This document shows positions 7,727-23,444 of a DNA stretch of 64,000 nucleotides, one piece after another. The stretch comes from Escherichia coli (GTDB taxonomy: Bacteria > Pseudomonadota > Gammaproteobacteria > Enterobacterales > Enterobacteriaceae): assembly GCF_050920415.1 (NCBI RefSeq), contig NZ_CP169309.1; one strand, 5' to 3'. Below the pieces are notes generated by a model. That model was not told the DNA's origin and searched no databases. It saw only the letters and a program-made list of their open reading frames with translations. Within the stretch, counting starts at the first letter, position 1. Each line of letters starts with the position of its first letter. The translations under genes and the position numbers were made by a program.

Positions 7727-8092
7727 ATGATTGATGTCTTAGGGCCGGAGAAACGCAGACGGCGTACCACACAGGAAAAGATCGCAATTGTTCAGCAGAG
7801 CTTTGAACCGGGGATGACGGTCTCCCTCGTTGCCCGGCAACATGGTGTAGCAGCCAGCCAGTTATTTCTCTGGCGTAAGCAATACCAGGAAGGAAGTCTT
7901 ACTGCTGTCGCCGCCGGAGAACAGGTTGTTCCTGCCTCTGAACTTGCTGCCGCCATGAAGCAGATTAAAGAACTCCAGCGCCTGCTCGGCAAGAAAACGA
8001 TGGAAAATGAACTCCTCAAAGAAGCCGTTGAATATGGACGGGCAAAAAAGTGGATAGCGCACGCGCCCTTATTGCCCGGGGATGGGGAGTAA
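7727..8092 (+). CDS. insC: IS2 transposase OrfA (InsC)
   Basis: Translation [41 protein letters not shown]... matches IS2 InsC. Confidence 0.9.
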
Positions 8093-8955
8093 GCTTAGTC
8101 AGCCGTTGTCTCCGGGTGTCGCGTGCGCAGTTGCACGTCATTCTCAGACGAACCGATGACTGGATGGATGGCCGCCGCAGTCGTCACACTGATGATACGG
8201 ATGTGCTTCTCCGTATACACCATGTTATCGGAGAGCTGCCCACGTATGGTTATCGTCGGGTATGGGCGCTGCTTCGCAGACAGGCAGAACTTGATGGTAT
8301 GCCTGCAATCAATGCCAAACGTGTTTACCGGATCATGCGCCAGAATGCGCTGTTGCTTGAGCGAAAACCTGCTGTACCGCCATCGAAACGGGCACATACA
8401 GGCAGAGTGGCCGTGAAAGAAAGCAATCAGCGATGGTGCTCTGACGGGTTCGAGTTCTGCTGTGATAACGGAGAGAGACTGCGTGTCACGTTCGCGCTGG
8501 ACTGCTGTGATCGTGAGGCACTGCACTGGGCGGTGACTACTGGCGGCTTCAACAGTGAAACAGTACAGGACGTCATGCTGGGAGCGGTGGAACGCCGCTT
8601 CGGCAACGATCTTCCGTCGTCTCCAGTGGAGTGGCTGACGGATAATGGTTCATGCTACCGGGCTAATGAAACACGCCAGTTCGCCCGGATGTTGGGACTT
8701 GAACCGAAGAACACGGCGGTGCGGAGTCCGGAGAGTAACGGAATAGCAGAGAGCTTCGTGAAAACGATAAAGCGTGACTACATCAGTATCATGCCCAAAC
8801 CAGACGGGTTAACGGCAGCAAAGAACCTTGCAGAGGCGTTCGAGCATTATAACGAATGGCATCCGCATAGTGCGCTGGGTTATCGCTCGCCACGGGAATA
8901 TCTGCGGCAGCGGGCTTGTAATGGGTTAAGTGATAACAGATGTCTGGAAATATAG
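8050..8955 (+). CDS. insD: IS2 transposase OrfB (InsD), DDE integrase-type
   Basis: 301-aa translation matches IS2 InsD; overlaps insC in the -1 frame as in IS2. Confidence 0.9.
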
Positions 8956-9236
8956 GGGCAAATCCAGTCAGGTTGAGGAAGTGCATGTCCTGGGGGGATA
9001 TGTATCGTATGGAGTTTTACCCGCGTAATACCCATCTGGCAGCAAAAATTGAGTATTGCCGGAACGGGAATATTTCATGTTTGCAGGTAGAGAAAACGGA
9101 TGAGGCTTATATCACTACGCTGAACGGCGATACGATGTCAGCGCCAATGATATAAGACAGTAATTCACCATTTGGATTGTCCGCTCCACCCAACATGTTG
9201 TTTCCTTAAGGTTCCTACACCACAAAGGGAACACTC

Positions 9237-11202
<1,966 letters not shown>

Positions 11203-11419
11203 TGACCAATAGCGGACATTAAAAATGGCGAAAAACGGCCAATAATCTTGGCGTTGACAACGATGCGTTGCATCTGTCGCGGCGACAGTAAAGCCCGGAA
11301 TGAAATGGCCAGATGTCGTACTCATACCAGTGAATAACAAGTAAAACCCCGGCGGCTGAAACAACCAAGGGGTTAACAGTGTAAATAAAACTGCCCATAT
11401 TGATGGGCAGCGCATGTAA

Positions 11420-11713
11420 TTATTGTGAGCAATAGACCCGAGCTTCAAGCGGAGTATAAATGCCTAAAGTAATAAAACCGAGCAATCCATTTACGAATGT
11501 TTGCTGGGTTTCAGTTTTAACAACTTTATCTGCGCCACCACAAATTTTGGCTGCATCGACAGTTTTCTTCTGACCAATTCCTGAAACGAAGAAATGATGA
11601 GTGATGGTTTCCTTCGGTGTTACTGTTGTAGGTTTGTTTTCAACTGTAAACGTCTGTTGAGCACATCCAGAGATAAGCAGCGCCAGTGTGAAAGTGAGTA
11701 GCGTTTTTTTCAT
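11420..11713 (-). CDS. bor: Bor lipoprotein (lambda Bor/Iss family)
   Basis: 97-aa translation with lipobox LLISGC, recognisably matching lambda Bor; minus strand between lysis region and cos as in lambda. Confidence 0.9.
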   Translation of the reverse strand: MKKTLLTFTLALLISGCAQQTFTVENKPTTVTPKETITHHFFVSGIGQKKTVDAAKICGGADKVVKTETQQTFVNGLLGFITLGIYTPLEARVYCSQ

Positions 11714-11937
11714 CGTGTGATTCCCGTTGTGTTTTTAAGTTTGGTGCATCGTATTTGTGGAAATTTAAACAAAACCTAAACAATGAGTTGAAATCTCATA
11801 TTGTTAATGTTTATTAAAGTATGCCAGATGTGCTGTATCTTTACTGTATACCCAGATTAACTATGGCCACAGCACCGACTGGTAACTCCTGTGTGGGAGT
11901 GCCGGCTACTGAGGCGGATCAAACCGGACGTTATGGT

Positions 11938-12348
11938 TTAGCGTGGAAAAATTTGAGTCGTGTTCTGGATGCTTTCGGTAAACAATAATGAGTTGTCAAA
12001 GGTATAGTAATATCTTTTGTGTTCGTGGATATTTGTAACCCATCGGAAAACTCCAGCTTTAGCCAGATTTACCCTGTATTCATGAAATGTGATTTCTCTT
12101 GATTTCAACTTATGAAGGTAAGTTTCTATAAGTCGCGTGTCTCTGCAAAAGCTAACATGAATAACATCATGGAAACCTTTTATTAACACCGTGTTATCGC
12201 TCTCAAATACAATGTGAATATTACCTGTGGCTAAATAGTAAATGTAATGTGAGACATTGTGGCGTTTTAGTTCAGAGTAAAACCGGTCACAGTTTAAATC
12301 TTTCCGCACTTGATCAAATATTTCTTTAAAAATGGCAACCTGAGCCAT
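11938..12348 (-). CDS. Uncharacterised protein (136 aa), AT-rich moron
   Basis: Minus-strand ORF in the bor-cos interval; AT-rich codon usage; no family recognised. Confidence 0.5.
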   Translation of the reverse strand: MAQVAIFKEIFDQVRKDLNCDRFYSELKRHNVSHYIYYLATGNIHIVFESDNTVLIKGFHDVIHVSFCRDTRLIETYLHKLKSREITFHEYRVNLAKAGVFRWVTNIHEHKRYYYTFDNSLLFTESIQNTTQIFPR

Positions 12349-12907
12349 CAGTATCCCCTTGTATATGATATGAGGGGCGTAGTCTGCATGAGTGCTTTTA
12401 ATACTGCAATCTGGTCAGATGTCTTTATCGTATATTGATGATTATTGTCGGATAGTATGAGGTTTTCTCAACTCATGGAAATACCGGAAGGTGCGAAAAT
12501 TACTAAGTAAGAAGAGTTACATAAGCCCTTCATACAGTGAAGGGCTTATGTAATCTTAGAAATAAAAAACCGGTCATAGGGAGCTACACAGAACCGGTCG
12601 GCGAAGACCGCCAATACCACCCATGCATCGATGCAACATACTAATGACAATAGCTGCTATTGATGTAAATGCAATGTTATGCATCGACGAAAATAAAAAA
12701 CCGGCAGGGGAAATCCATTGAAGACTTGCCGGTGGCAAAAGTTGCCAATGCTTTTATAACCGTAGTCACAGAGTTACGAAGTGCAACACCGACTGCTGCT
12801 GGTATATGGATGAATGGCGTTTCAATGATGTGCATCATTCAAATCACAAATAGTATTGATACTTATTCTCGGTTTTGCGGGTCCTTTCCGGTGATCCGGC
12901 AGGCTAC

Positions 12908-12919
12908 GGGGCGGCGACC
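12908..12919 (+). other. cosN cohesive-end site (GGGCGGCGACCT), lambda type; cosB expected in the following ~180 bp
   Basis: 12-nt sequence GGGCGGCGACCT followed by AGCGGGTTTTCGCTATTTA, matching the lambda left end as recalled; lies just upstream of Nu1. Confidence 0.8.
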
Positions 12920-13597
12920 TAGCGGGTTTTCGCTATTTACGAGTTTTTTTGAGGTGATGGTTGTTGTTTTATCGTTTGATATATCTACTTGATAAGTAAT
13001 AAGAAAGAAAAATAAACACAACAACCTGATGATCTTTCTTATACGAAAAAGCATGTAAAATCAGAGGGTTTTACAAAAAACGTGGTTGTTGTATTGCTTT
13101 TTTGCCGGTGGTTTATGGAGGGGCTGTGGCCTTTTTATTGAATAAAAGCGACATGGCCTCCTCCATCGGTATCTCAGTACAGGCATTTGATAAATGGGGT
13201 GTTCCTCCTGTTGAGCGCCGGGGGAGAGAGGTTTTCTATGACGTTAAAACTGTACTGGAGATAGATCGCGAGCGACGTCAACAAAACCAGAAATCTTCAG
13301 GTGGTGAAAATGATCTTGAGGAAAGGCTACTTCAGGCCAGGGTTAACCTGACGGAAGAACAGGCTATTGCTCAGCGGTTAAAAAACCAGGTTGCAGAGCA
13401 TAAGGTGATTGATACAGCTTTCTCTATTTTTGCCCTGTCCCGGTTATCCGGAGAACTGGCATCTGTTTTGGACAGTATTCCGCTTTCGATGCAAAGAAAA
13501 TTCCCTGAATTGACAGGCAGACAATTGGCTTATCTAAAAGAGCTGGTTGCGAAGGGGGCTAATAAATGCGTTGAGTCCGCTGAAAAAATGAAGGAAT

Positions 13598-17310
<3,713 letters not shown>

Positions 17311-17330
<20 letters not shown>

Positions 17331-18630
17331 TCTCCCGCATATTGCCAGCATGGCCTTTAATGAGCCGCTGATGCTTGAACCCGCCTATGCGCGGGTTTTC
17401 TTTTGTGCGCTAGCAGGCCAGCTTGGGATCAGCCGCCTGACAGATGCGGTGTCCGGTGACAGCCTGACTGCCCCGGAGACACCCGCGACGCTGGCGTTAT
17501 CTGGTGATGATGACGGACCACGACAGGCCCGCAGTTATCAGGTCATGAACGGCATCGCCGTGCTGCCGGTTTCCGGCACGCTGGTCAGCCGGACGCGGGC
17601 GCTGCAGCCGTATTCGGGGATGACCGGTTACAACGGCATTATCGCCCGTCTGCAACAGGCTGCCAGCGATCCGATGGTGGACGGCATTCTGCTCGATATG
17701 GACACGCCCGGCGGGATGGTGGCGGGGGCATTTGACTGCGCTGACATCATCGCCCGTGTGCGTGACATAAAACCGGTATGGGCGCTTGCCAACGACATGA
17801 ACTGCAGTGCAGGTCAGTTGCTTGCCAGTGCCGCTTCCCGGCGTCTGGTCACGCAGACCGCCCGGACAGGCTCCATCGGCGTCATGATGGCTCACAGCAA
17901 TTACGGTGCAGCGCTGGAGAAACAGGGCGTGGAAATCACGCTGATTTACAGCGGCAGCCATAAGGTGGATGGCAACCCCTACAGCCATCTTCCGGATGAC
18001 GTCCGGGAAACACTGCAGTCCCGGATGGATGCAACCCGCCAGATGTTTGCGCAGAAAGTGTCGGCATATACCGGCCTGTCCGTGCAGGCTGTGCTGGATA
18101 CCGAGGCTGCAGTGTACAGCGGTCAGGAGGCCATTGATGCCGGACTGGCTGATGAACTTGTTAACAGTACCGATGCGATCACCGTCATGCGTGATGCACT
18201 GGATACACGTAAATCCCGTCTCTCAGGAGGGCGAATGACCAAAGAGACTCAATCAACAACTGTTTCAGCCACTGCTTCGCAGGCTGACGTTACTGGCGTG
18301 GTGCAAGCGACGGAGGGCGAGAACGCCAGCGCTGCGCAGCCGGACGTGAACGCGCAGATCACCGCAGCGGTTGCGGCAGAAAACAGTCGCATTATGGGGA
18401 TCCTCAACTGTGAGGAGGCTCACGGACGCGAAGAACAGGCATGCGTGCTGGCCGAAACCCCCGGTATGACCGTGGAAACGGCCCGCCGTATTCTGGCCGC
18501 AGCACCACAGAGTGCACAGGCGCGCAGTGACACTGCGCTGGATCGTCTGATGCAGGGGGCACCGGCGCCGCTGGCTGCAGGTAACCCGGCATCTGATGCC
18601 GTTAACGATTTGCTGAACACACCAGTGTAA
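17311..18630 (+). CDS. C: Head maturation protease/scaffold C (GTG start with GGAGGAG RBS); Nu3 scaffold encoded in-frame in its 3' portion
   Basis: 439-aa translation from GTG 17311 (VTAELRNLPHIASMAFNEPLMLEP...) matches lambda gpC; the ORF-track start at 17176 lies within B. Confidence 0.9.
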
Positions 18631-18639
18631 GGGATGTTT

Positions 18640-18972
18640 ATGACGAGCAAAGAAACCTTTACCCATTACCAGCCGCTGGGCAACAGTGACCCGGCTCATA
18701 CCGCAACCGCGCCCGGCGTATTGAGTGCGAAAGCGCCTGCAATGACCCCGCTGATGCTGGACACCTCCACCCGTAAGCTGGTTGCGTGGGATGGCACCAC
18801 CGACGGTGCTGCCGTTGGCATTCTTGCAGTTGCTGCTGACCAGACCAGCACCACACTGACGTTCTACAAGTCCGGCACGTTCCGTTATGAGGATGTGCTC
18901 TGGCCGGAGGCTGCCAGCGACGAGACGAAAAAACGGACCGCGTTTGCCGGAACGGCAATCAGCATCGTTTAA
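18640..18972 (+). CDS. D: Head decoration protein D
   Basis: [12 protein letters not shown]... matches lambda gpD (110 aa). Confidence 0.9.
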   Translation: MTSKETFTHYQPLGNSDPAHTATAPGVLSAKAPAMTPLMLDTSTRKLVAWDGTTDGAAVGILAVAADQTSTTLTFYKSGTFRYEDVLWPEAASDETKKRTAFAGTAISIV

Positions 18973-18990
18973 CTTTACCCTTCATCACTA

Positions 18991-19014
18991 AAGGCCGCCT
19001 GTGCGGCTTTTTTT
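18991..19014 (+). terminator. Hairpin plus T-run in the D-E intergenic region
   Basis: ggccgc-ctgt-gcggc stem followed by TTTTTTT. Confidence 0.4.
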
Positions 19015-19027
19015 ACGGGATTTTTTT

Positions 19028-20053
19028 ATGTCGATGTACACAACCGCCCAACTGCTCGCGGCAAATGAGCAGAAATTTAAGTTTGATCCGCTGTTTCTGC
19101 GTCTCTTTTTCCGTGAGAGCTATCCCTTCACCACGGAGAAAGTCTATCTCTCACAAATTCCGGGACTGGTAAACATGGCGCTGTACGTTTCGCCGATTGT
19201 TTCCGGTGAGGTTATCCGTTCCCGTGGCGGCTCCACCTCTGAATTTACGCCGGGATATGTCAAGCCGAAGCATGAAGTGAATCCGCAGATGACCCTGCGT
19301 CGCCTGCCGGATGAAGATCCGCAGAATCTGGCGGACCCGGCTTACCGCCGCCGTCGCATCATCATGCAGAACATGCGTGACGAAGAGCTGGCCATTGCTC
19401 AGGTCGAAGAGATGCAGGCAGTTTCTGCCGTGCTTAAGGGCAAATACACCATGACCGGTGAAGCCTTCGATCCGGTTGAGGTGGATATGGGCCGCAGTGA
19501 GGAGAATAACATCACGCAGTCCGGCGGCACGGAGTGGAGCAAGCGTGACAAGTCCACGTATGACCCGACCGACGATATCGAAGCCTACGCGCTGAACGCC
19601 AGCGGCGTGGTGAATATCATCGTGTTTGACCCGAAAGGCTGGGCGCTGTTCCGTTCCTTCAAAGCCGTCAAGGAGAAGCTGGATACCCGTCGCGGCTCTC
19701 ATTCCGAGCTGGAGACAGCGGTGAAAGACCTGGGTAAAGCGGTGTCCTATAAGGGGATGTATGGCGATGTGGCCATCGTCGTGTATTCCGGACAGTACGT
19801 GGAAAACGGCGTCAAAAAGAACTTCCTGCCGGACAACACGATGGTGCTGGGGAACACTCAGGCACGCGGTCTGCGCACCTATGGCTGCATTCAGGATGCG
19901 GACGCACAGCGCGAAGGCATTAACGCCTCTGCCCGTTACCCGAAAAACTGGGTGACCACCGGCGATCCGGCGCGTGAGTTCACCATGATTCAGTCAGCAC
20001 CGCTGATGCTGCTGGCTGACCCTGATGAGTTCGTGTCCGTACAACTGGCGTAA
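19028..20053 (+). CDS. E: Major capsid protein E
   Basis: 341 aa from ATG 19028 (MSMYTTAQLLAANEQKFKFDPLFLRLFF...) matches lambda gpE. Confidence 0.95.
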   Translation: MSMYTTAQLLAANEQKFKFDPLFLRLFFRESYPFTTEKVYLSQIPGLVNMALYVSPIVSGEVIRSRGGSTSEFTPGYVKPKHEVNPQMTLRRLPDEDPQNLADPAYRRRRIIMQNMRDEELAIAQVEEMQAVSAVLKGKYTMTGEAFDPVEVDMGRSEENNITQSGGTEWSKRDKSTYDPTDDIEAYALNASGVVNIIVFDPKGWALFRSFKAVKEKLDTRRGSHSELETAVKDLGKAVSYKGMYGDVAIVVYSGQYVENGVKKNFLPDNTMVLGNTQARGLRTYGCIQDADAQREGINASARYPKNWVTTGDPAREFTMIQSAPLMLLADPDEFVSVQLA

Positions 20054-20094
20054 TCATGGCCCTTCGGGGCCATTGTTTCTCTGTGGAGGAGTCC

Positions 20095-20493
20095 ATGACG
20101 AAAGATGAACTGATTGCCCGTCTCCGCTCGCTGGGTGAACAACTGAACCGTGATGTCAGCCTGACGGGGACGAAAGAAGAACTGGCGCTCCGTGTGGCAG
20201 AGCTGGAAGAGGAGCTTGATGACACGGATGAAACTTCCGGTCAGGACACCCCTCTCAGCCGGGAAAATGTGCTGACCGGACATGAAAATGAGGTGGGATC
20301 AGCGCAGCCGGATACCGTGATTCTGGATACGTCTGAACTGGTCACGGTCGTGGCACTGGTGACGCTGCATACTGATGCACTTCACGCCACGCGGGATGAG
20401 GCTGTGGCATTTGTGCTGCCGGGAACGGCGTTCCGTGTCTCTGCCGGTGTGGCAGCTGAAATGACAGAGCGCGGCCTGGCCAGAATGCAATAA
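20095..20493 (+). CDS. FI: DNA packaging protein FI
   Basis: 132 aa from ATG 20095 (MTKDELIARLRSLGEQLNRDVSLTGTKEELA...) matches lambda FI. Confidence 0.9.
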   Translation: MTKDELIARLRSLGEQLNRDVSLTGTKEELALRVAELEEELDDTDETSGQDTPLSRENVLTGHENEVGSAQPDTVILDTSELVTVVALVTLHTDALHATRDEAVAFVLPGTAFRVSAGVAAEMTERGLARMQ

Positions 20494-20504
20494 CGGGAGG
20501 CGCT

Positions 20505-20879
20505 GTGGCTGATTTCGATAACCTGTTCGATGCTGCCATTGCCTGCGCCGATGAAACGATACGCGGGTACATGGGAACGTCAGCCACCATGACATCCGGT
20601 GAGCAGTCCGGTGCTGTGATACGTGGTGTTTTTGATGACCCTGAAAATATCAGCTATGCCGGACAGGGCGTGCGCGTTGAAGGCTCCAGCCCGTCCCTGT
20701 TTGTCCGGACTGATGATGTGCGGCAGCTGCGGCGCGGCGACACGCTGACCATCGGTGAGGAAAACTTCTGGATAGACCGGATTTCGCCGGATGATGGCGG
20801 AAGCTGTCATCTCTGGCTTGGGCGGGGCGTACCGCCTGCCGTTAACCGTCGCCGCTGGAAGGGGGATGTATGGCCATAA
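20505..20879 (+). CDS. FII: Head-tail connector protein FII
   Basis: Translation MADFDNLFDAAIA...DETIRGYMGTSAT matches lambda FII. Confidence 0.9.
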   Translation: MADFDNLFDAAIACADETIRGYMGTSATMTSGEQSGAVIRGVFDDPENISYAGQGVRVEGSSPSLFVRTDDVRQLRRGDTLTIGEENFWIDRISPDDGGSCHLWLGRGVPPAVNRRRWKGDVWP

Positions 20880-21448
20880 AAGGTCTTGAGCAGGCCGTTG
20901 AAAACCTCAGCCGTATCAGCAGAACGGCGGTGCCCGGTGCCGCCGCAATGGCCATTAACCGCGTTGCTTCATCCGCGATATCGCAGTCGGTGTCACAGGT
21001 TGCCCGTGAGACAAAGGTACGCCGGAAACTGGTAAAGGAAAGGGCCAGGCTGAAAAGGGCCACGGTCAAAAATCCGCAGGCCAGAATCAAGGTTAACCGG
21101 GGGGATTTGCCCGTAATCAGGCTGGGTAATGCGCGGGTTGTCCTTTCGCGCCGCAGGCGTCGTAAAAAGGGGCAGCGTTCAGCCCTGAAAGGTGGCGGCA
21201 GCGTGCTTGTGGTGGGTAACCGTCGTATTCCCGGCGCGTTTATTCAGCAACTGAAAAATGGCCGGTGGCATGTTATGCAGCGTGTGGCCGGGAAAAACCG
21301 TTACCCCATTGATGTGGTGAAAATCCCGATGGCGGTGCCGCTGACCACGGCGTTTAAACAAAATATTGAGCGGATACGGCGTGAACGTCTTCCGAAAGAG
21401 CTGGGCTATGCGCTGCAGCATCAACTGAGGATGGTAATAAAGCGATGA
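20870..21448 (+). CDS. Z: Tail completion protein Z
   Basis: 192 aa, matches lambda gpZ. Confidence 0.9.
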   Translation: MAIKGLEQAVENLSRISRTAVPGAAAMAINRVASSAISQSVSQVARETKVRRKLVKERARLKRATVKNPQARIKVNRGDLPVIRLGNARVVLSRRRRRKKGQRSALKGGGSVLVVGNRRIPGAFIQQLKNGRWHVMQRVAGKNRYPIDVVKIPMAVPLTTAFKQNIERIRRERLPKELGYALQHQLRMVIKR

Positions 21449-21840
21449 AACATACTGAACTCCGTGCAGCCGTACTGGATGCACTGGAGAAGCATGACAC
21501 CGGGGCGACGTTTTTTGATGGTCGCCCCGCTGTTTTTGATGAGGCGGATTTTCCGGCAGTTGCCGTTTATCTCACCGGCGCTGAATACACGGGCGAAGAG
21601 CTGGACAGCGATACCTGGCAGGCGGAGCTGCATATCGAAGTTTTCCTGCCTGCTCAGGTGCCGGATTCAGAGCTGGATTCGTGGATGGAGTCCCGGATTT
21701 ATCCGGTGATGAGCGATATCCCGGCACTGTCAGATTTGCTCACCAGTATGGTGGCCAGTGGCTATGACTACCGGCGCGACGATGATGCGGGCCTGTGGAG
21801 TTCTGCCGATCTGACTTATGTCATTACCTATGAAATGTGA
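21445..21840 (+). CDS. U: Tail terminator protein U
   Basis: 131 aa, matches lambda gpU. Confidence 0.9.
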   Translation: MKHTELRAAVLDALEKHDTGATFFDGRPAVFDEADFPAVAVYLTGAEYTGEELDSDTWQAELHIEVFLPAQVPDSELDSWMESRIYPVMSDIPALSDLLTSMVASGYDYRRDDDAGLWSSADLTYVITYEM

Positions 21841-21847
21841 GGACGAT

Positions 21848-22588
21848 ATGCCTGTACCAAATCCAGCAATACCGGTGAAAGGTGCCGGGACCACCCTGTG
21901 GGTTTATAACGGGAGCGGCGACCCTTATGCGAACCCGCTTTCAGACGTTGACTGGTCGCGTCTGGCTAAAGTTAAAGACCTGACGCCCGGCGAACTGACC
22001 GCTGAGTCCTATGACGACAGTTATCTCGATGATGAAGATGCGGACTGGACCGCGACCGGGCAGGGGCAGAAATCCGCCGGAGATACCAGCTTCACGCTGG
22101 CGTGGATGCCCGGAGAGCAGGGGCAGCAGGCGCTGCTGGCGTGGTTTAATGAAGGTGATACCCGTGCCTATAAAATCCGCTTCCCGAACGGCACGGTCGA
22201 TGTGTTCCGTGGCTGGGTCAGCAGTATCGGTAAGGCGGTGACGGCGAAGGAAGTGATCACCCGTACGGTGAAGGTCACCAATGTGGGCCGTCCGTCAATG
22301 GCAGAAGATCGCAGCACGGTAACAGCGGCAACCGGTATGACCGTGACGCCTGCCAGCTCCTCGGTGGTGAAAGGGCAGAGCACCACGCTGACCGTGGCAT
22401 TCCAGCCGGAGGGCGCAACTGACAAGAGCTTCCGTGCGGTGTCAGCGGATAAAACAAAAGCCACCGTGTCGGTCAGTGGTATGACCATCACCGTGAAAGG
22501 CGTTGCTGCAGGTAAGGTCAACATTCCGGTTTTATCCGGTAATGGTGAACTTGCTGCGGTTGCAGAAATCACTGTCACCGACAGTTAA
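21848..22588 (+). CDS. V: Major tail tube protein V (with C-terminal Ig-like domain)
   Basis: 246 aa from ATG 21848 ([20 protein letters not shown]...) matches lambda gpV. Confidence 0.95.
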   Translation: MPVPNPAIPVKGAGTTLWVYNGSGDPYANPLSDVDWSRLAKVKDLTPGELTAESYDDSYLDDEDADWTATGQGQKSAGDTSFTLAWMPGEQGQQALLAWFNEGDTRAYKIRFPNGTVDVFRGWVSSIGKAVTAKEVITRTVKVTNVGRPSMAEDRSTVTAATGMTVTPASSSVVKGQSTTLTVAFQPEGATDKSFRAVSADKTKATVSVSGMTITVKGVAAGKVNIPVLSGNGELAAVAEITVTDS

Positions 22589-22603
22589 TCCGGAGAGTCA
22601 GCG

Positions 22604-23028
22604 ATGTTCCTGAAAACCGAATCATTTGAACATAACGGTGTGACCGTCACGCTTTCTGAACTGTCAGCCCTGCAGCGCATTGAGCATCTCGCCCTGATGA
22701 AACGGCAGGCAGAACAGGCGGAGTCAGACAGCAACCGGAAGTTTACTGTGGAAGACGCGCCATCAGAACCGGCGCGTTTCTGGTGGCGATGTCCCTGTGG
22801 CATAACCATCCGCAGAAGACAAAGCTGCCGTCCATGAATGAAGCCGTTAAACAGATTGAGCAGGAAGTGCTTACCACCTGGCCCACGGAGGCAATTTCTC
22901 ATGCTGAAAACGTGGTGTACCGGCTGTCTGGTATGTATGAGTTTGTGGTGAATAATGCCCCTGAACAGACAGAGGACGCCGGGCCCGCAGAGCCTGTTTC
23001 TGCGGGAAAGTGTTCGACGGTGAGCTGA
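22604..23028 (+). pseudogene. G: Tail assembly chaperone G, disrupted by a 2-nt insertion near 22757-22760
   Basis: Two overlapping ORFs (22604..22837 and 22783..23028) each carry part of the lambda G sequence; reading switches frame at GAAGACGCGCCATC. Confidence 0.75.
23004..23010 (+). other. Programmed -1 ribosomal frameshift slippery heptamer GGGAAAG (G to G-T fusion)
   Basis: GGGAAAG at the 3' end of G with the T reading frame opening at this point, as in lambda. Confidence 0.8.
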
Positions 23029-23444
23029 GTTTTGCCCTGAAACTGGCGCGTGAGATGGGGCGACCTGACTGGCGTGCCATGCTTGCCGGGATGTCATCCA
23101 CGGAGTATGCCGACTGGCACCGCTTTTACAGTACCCATTATTTTCATGATGTTCTGCTGGATATGCACTTTTCCGGGCTGACGTACACCGTGCTCAGCCT
23201 GTTTTTCAGCGATCCGGATATGCATCCGCTGGATTTCAGTCTGCTGAACCGGCGCGAGGCTGACGAAGAGCCTGAAGATGATGTGCTGATGCAGAAAGCG
23301 GCAGGGCTTGCCGGAGGTGTCCGCTTTGGCCCGGACGGGAATGAAGTTATCCCCGCTTCCCCGGATGTGGCGGACATGACGGAGGATGACGTAATGCTGA
23401 TGACAGTATCAGAAGGGATCGCAGGAGGAGTCCGGTATGGCTGA
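23010..23444 (+). CDS. T: Tail assembly protein T (normally expressed only as the G-T frameshift fusion)
   Basis: 144-aa frame matching lambda T. Confidence 0.85.
   Translation: MFDGELSFALKLAREMGRPDWRAMLAGMSSTEYADWHRFYSTHYFHDVLLDMHFSGLTYTVLSLFFSDPDMHPLDFSLLNRREADEEPEDDVLMQKAAGLAGGVRFGPDGNEVIPASPDVADMTEDDVMLMTVSEGIAGGVRYG

Larger units (their letters stand above)
7636..8966 (+). mobile_element. IS2 insertion sequence, complete (1331 bp), flanked by 5-bp target-site duplication GTCAG
   Basis: Left end TAGACTGGCCCCCTGAATCTCC at 7636, right end ...ATAGGGGCAAATCCA at 8966; GTCAG at 7631-7635 and 8967-8971; insC/insD ORFs present. Confidence 0.9.

Noticed and set aside
8940-9155. 71-aa ORF immediately right of IS2
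   Set aside because: Its 5' part is IS2 right-end sequence and the remainder is a fragment of a small gene split by the IS2 insertion (other half at 7591-7635); not reported as an intact CDS
12669-12992. 107-aa plus-strand ORF
   Set aside because: Spans the cosN site and AT-rich non-coding region immediately upstream of Nu1; no RBS or protein-like composition
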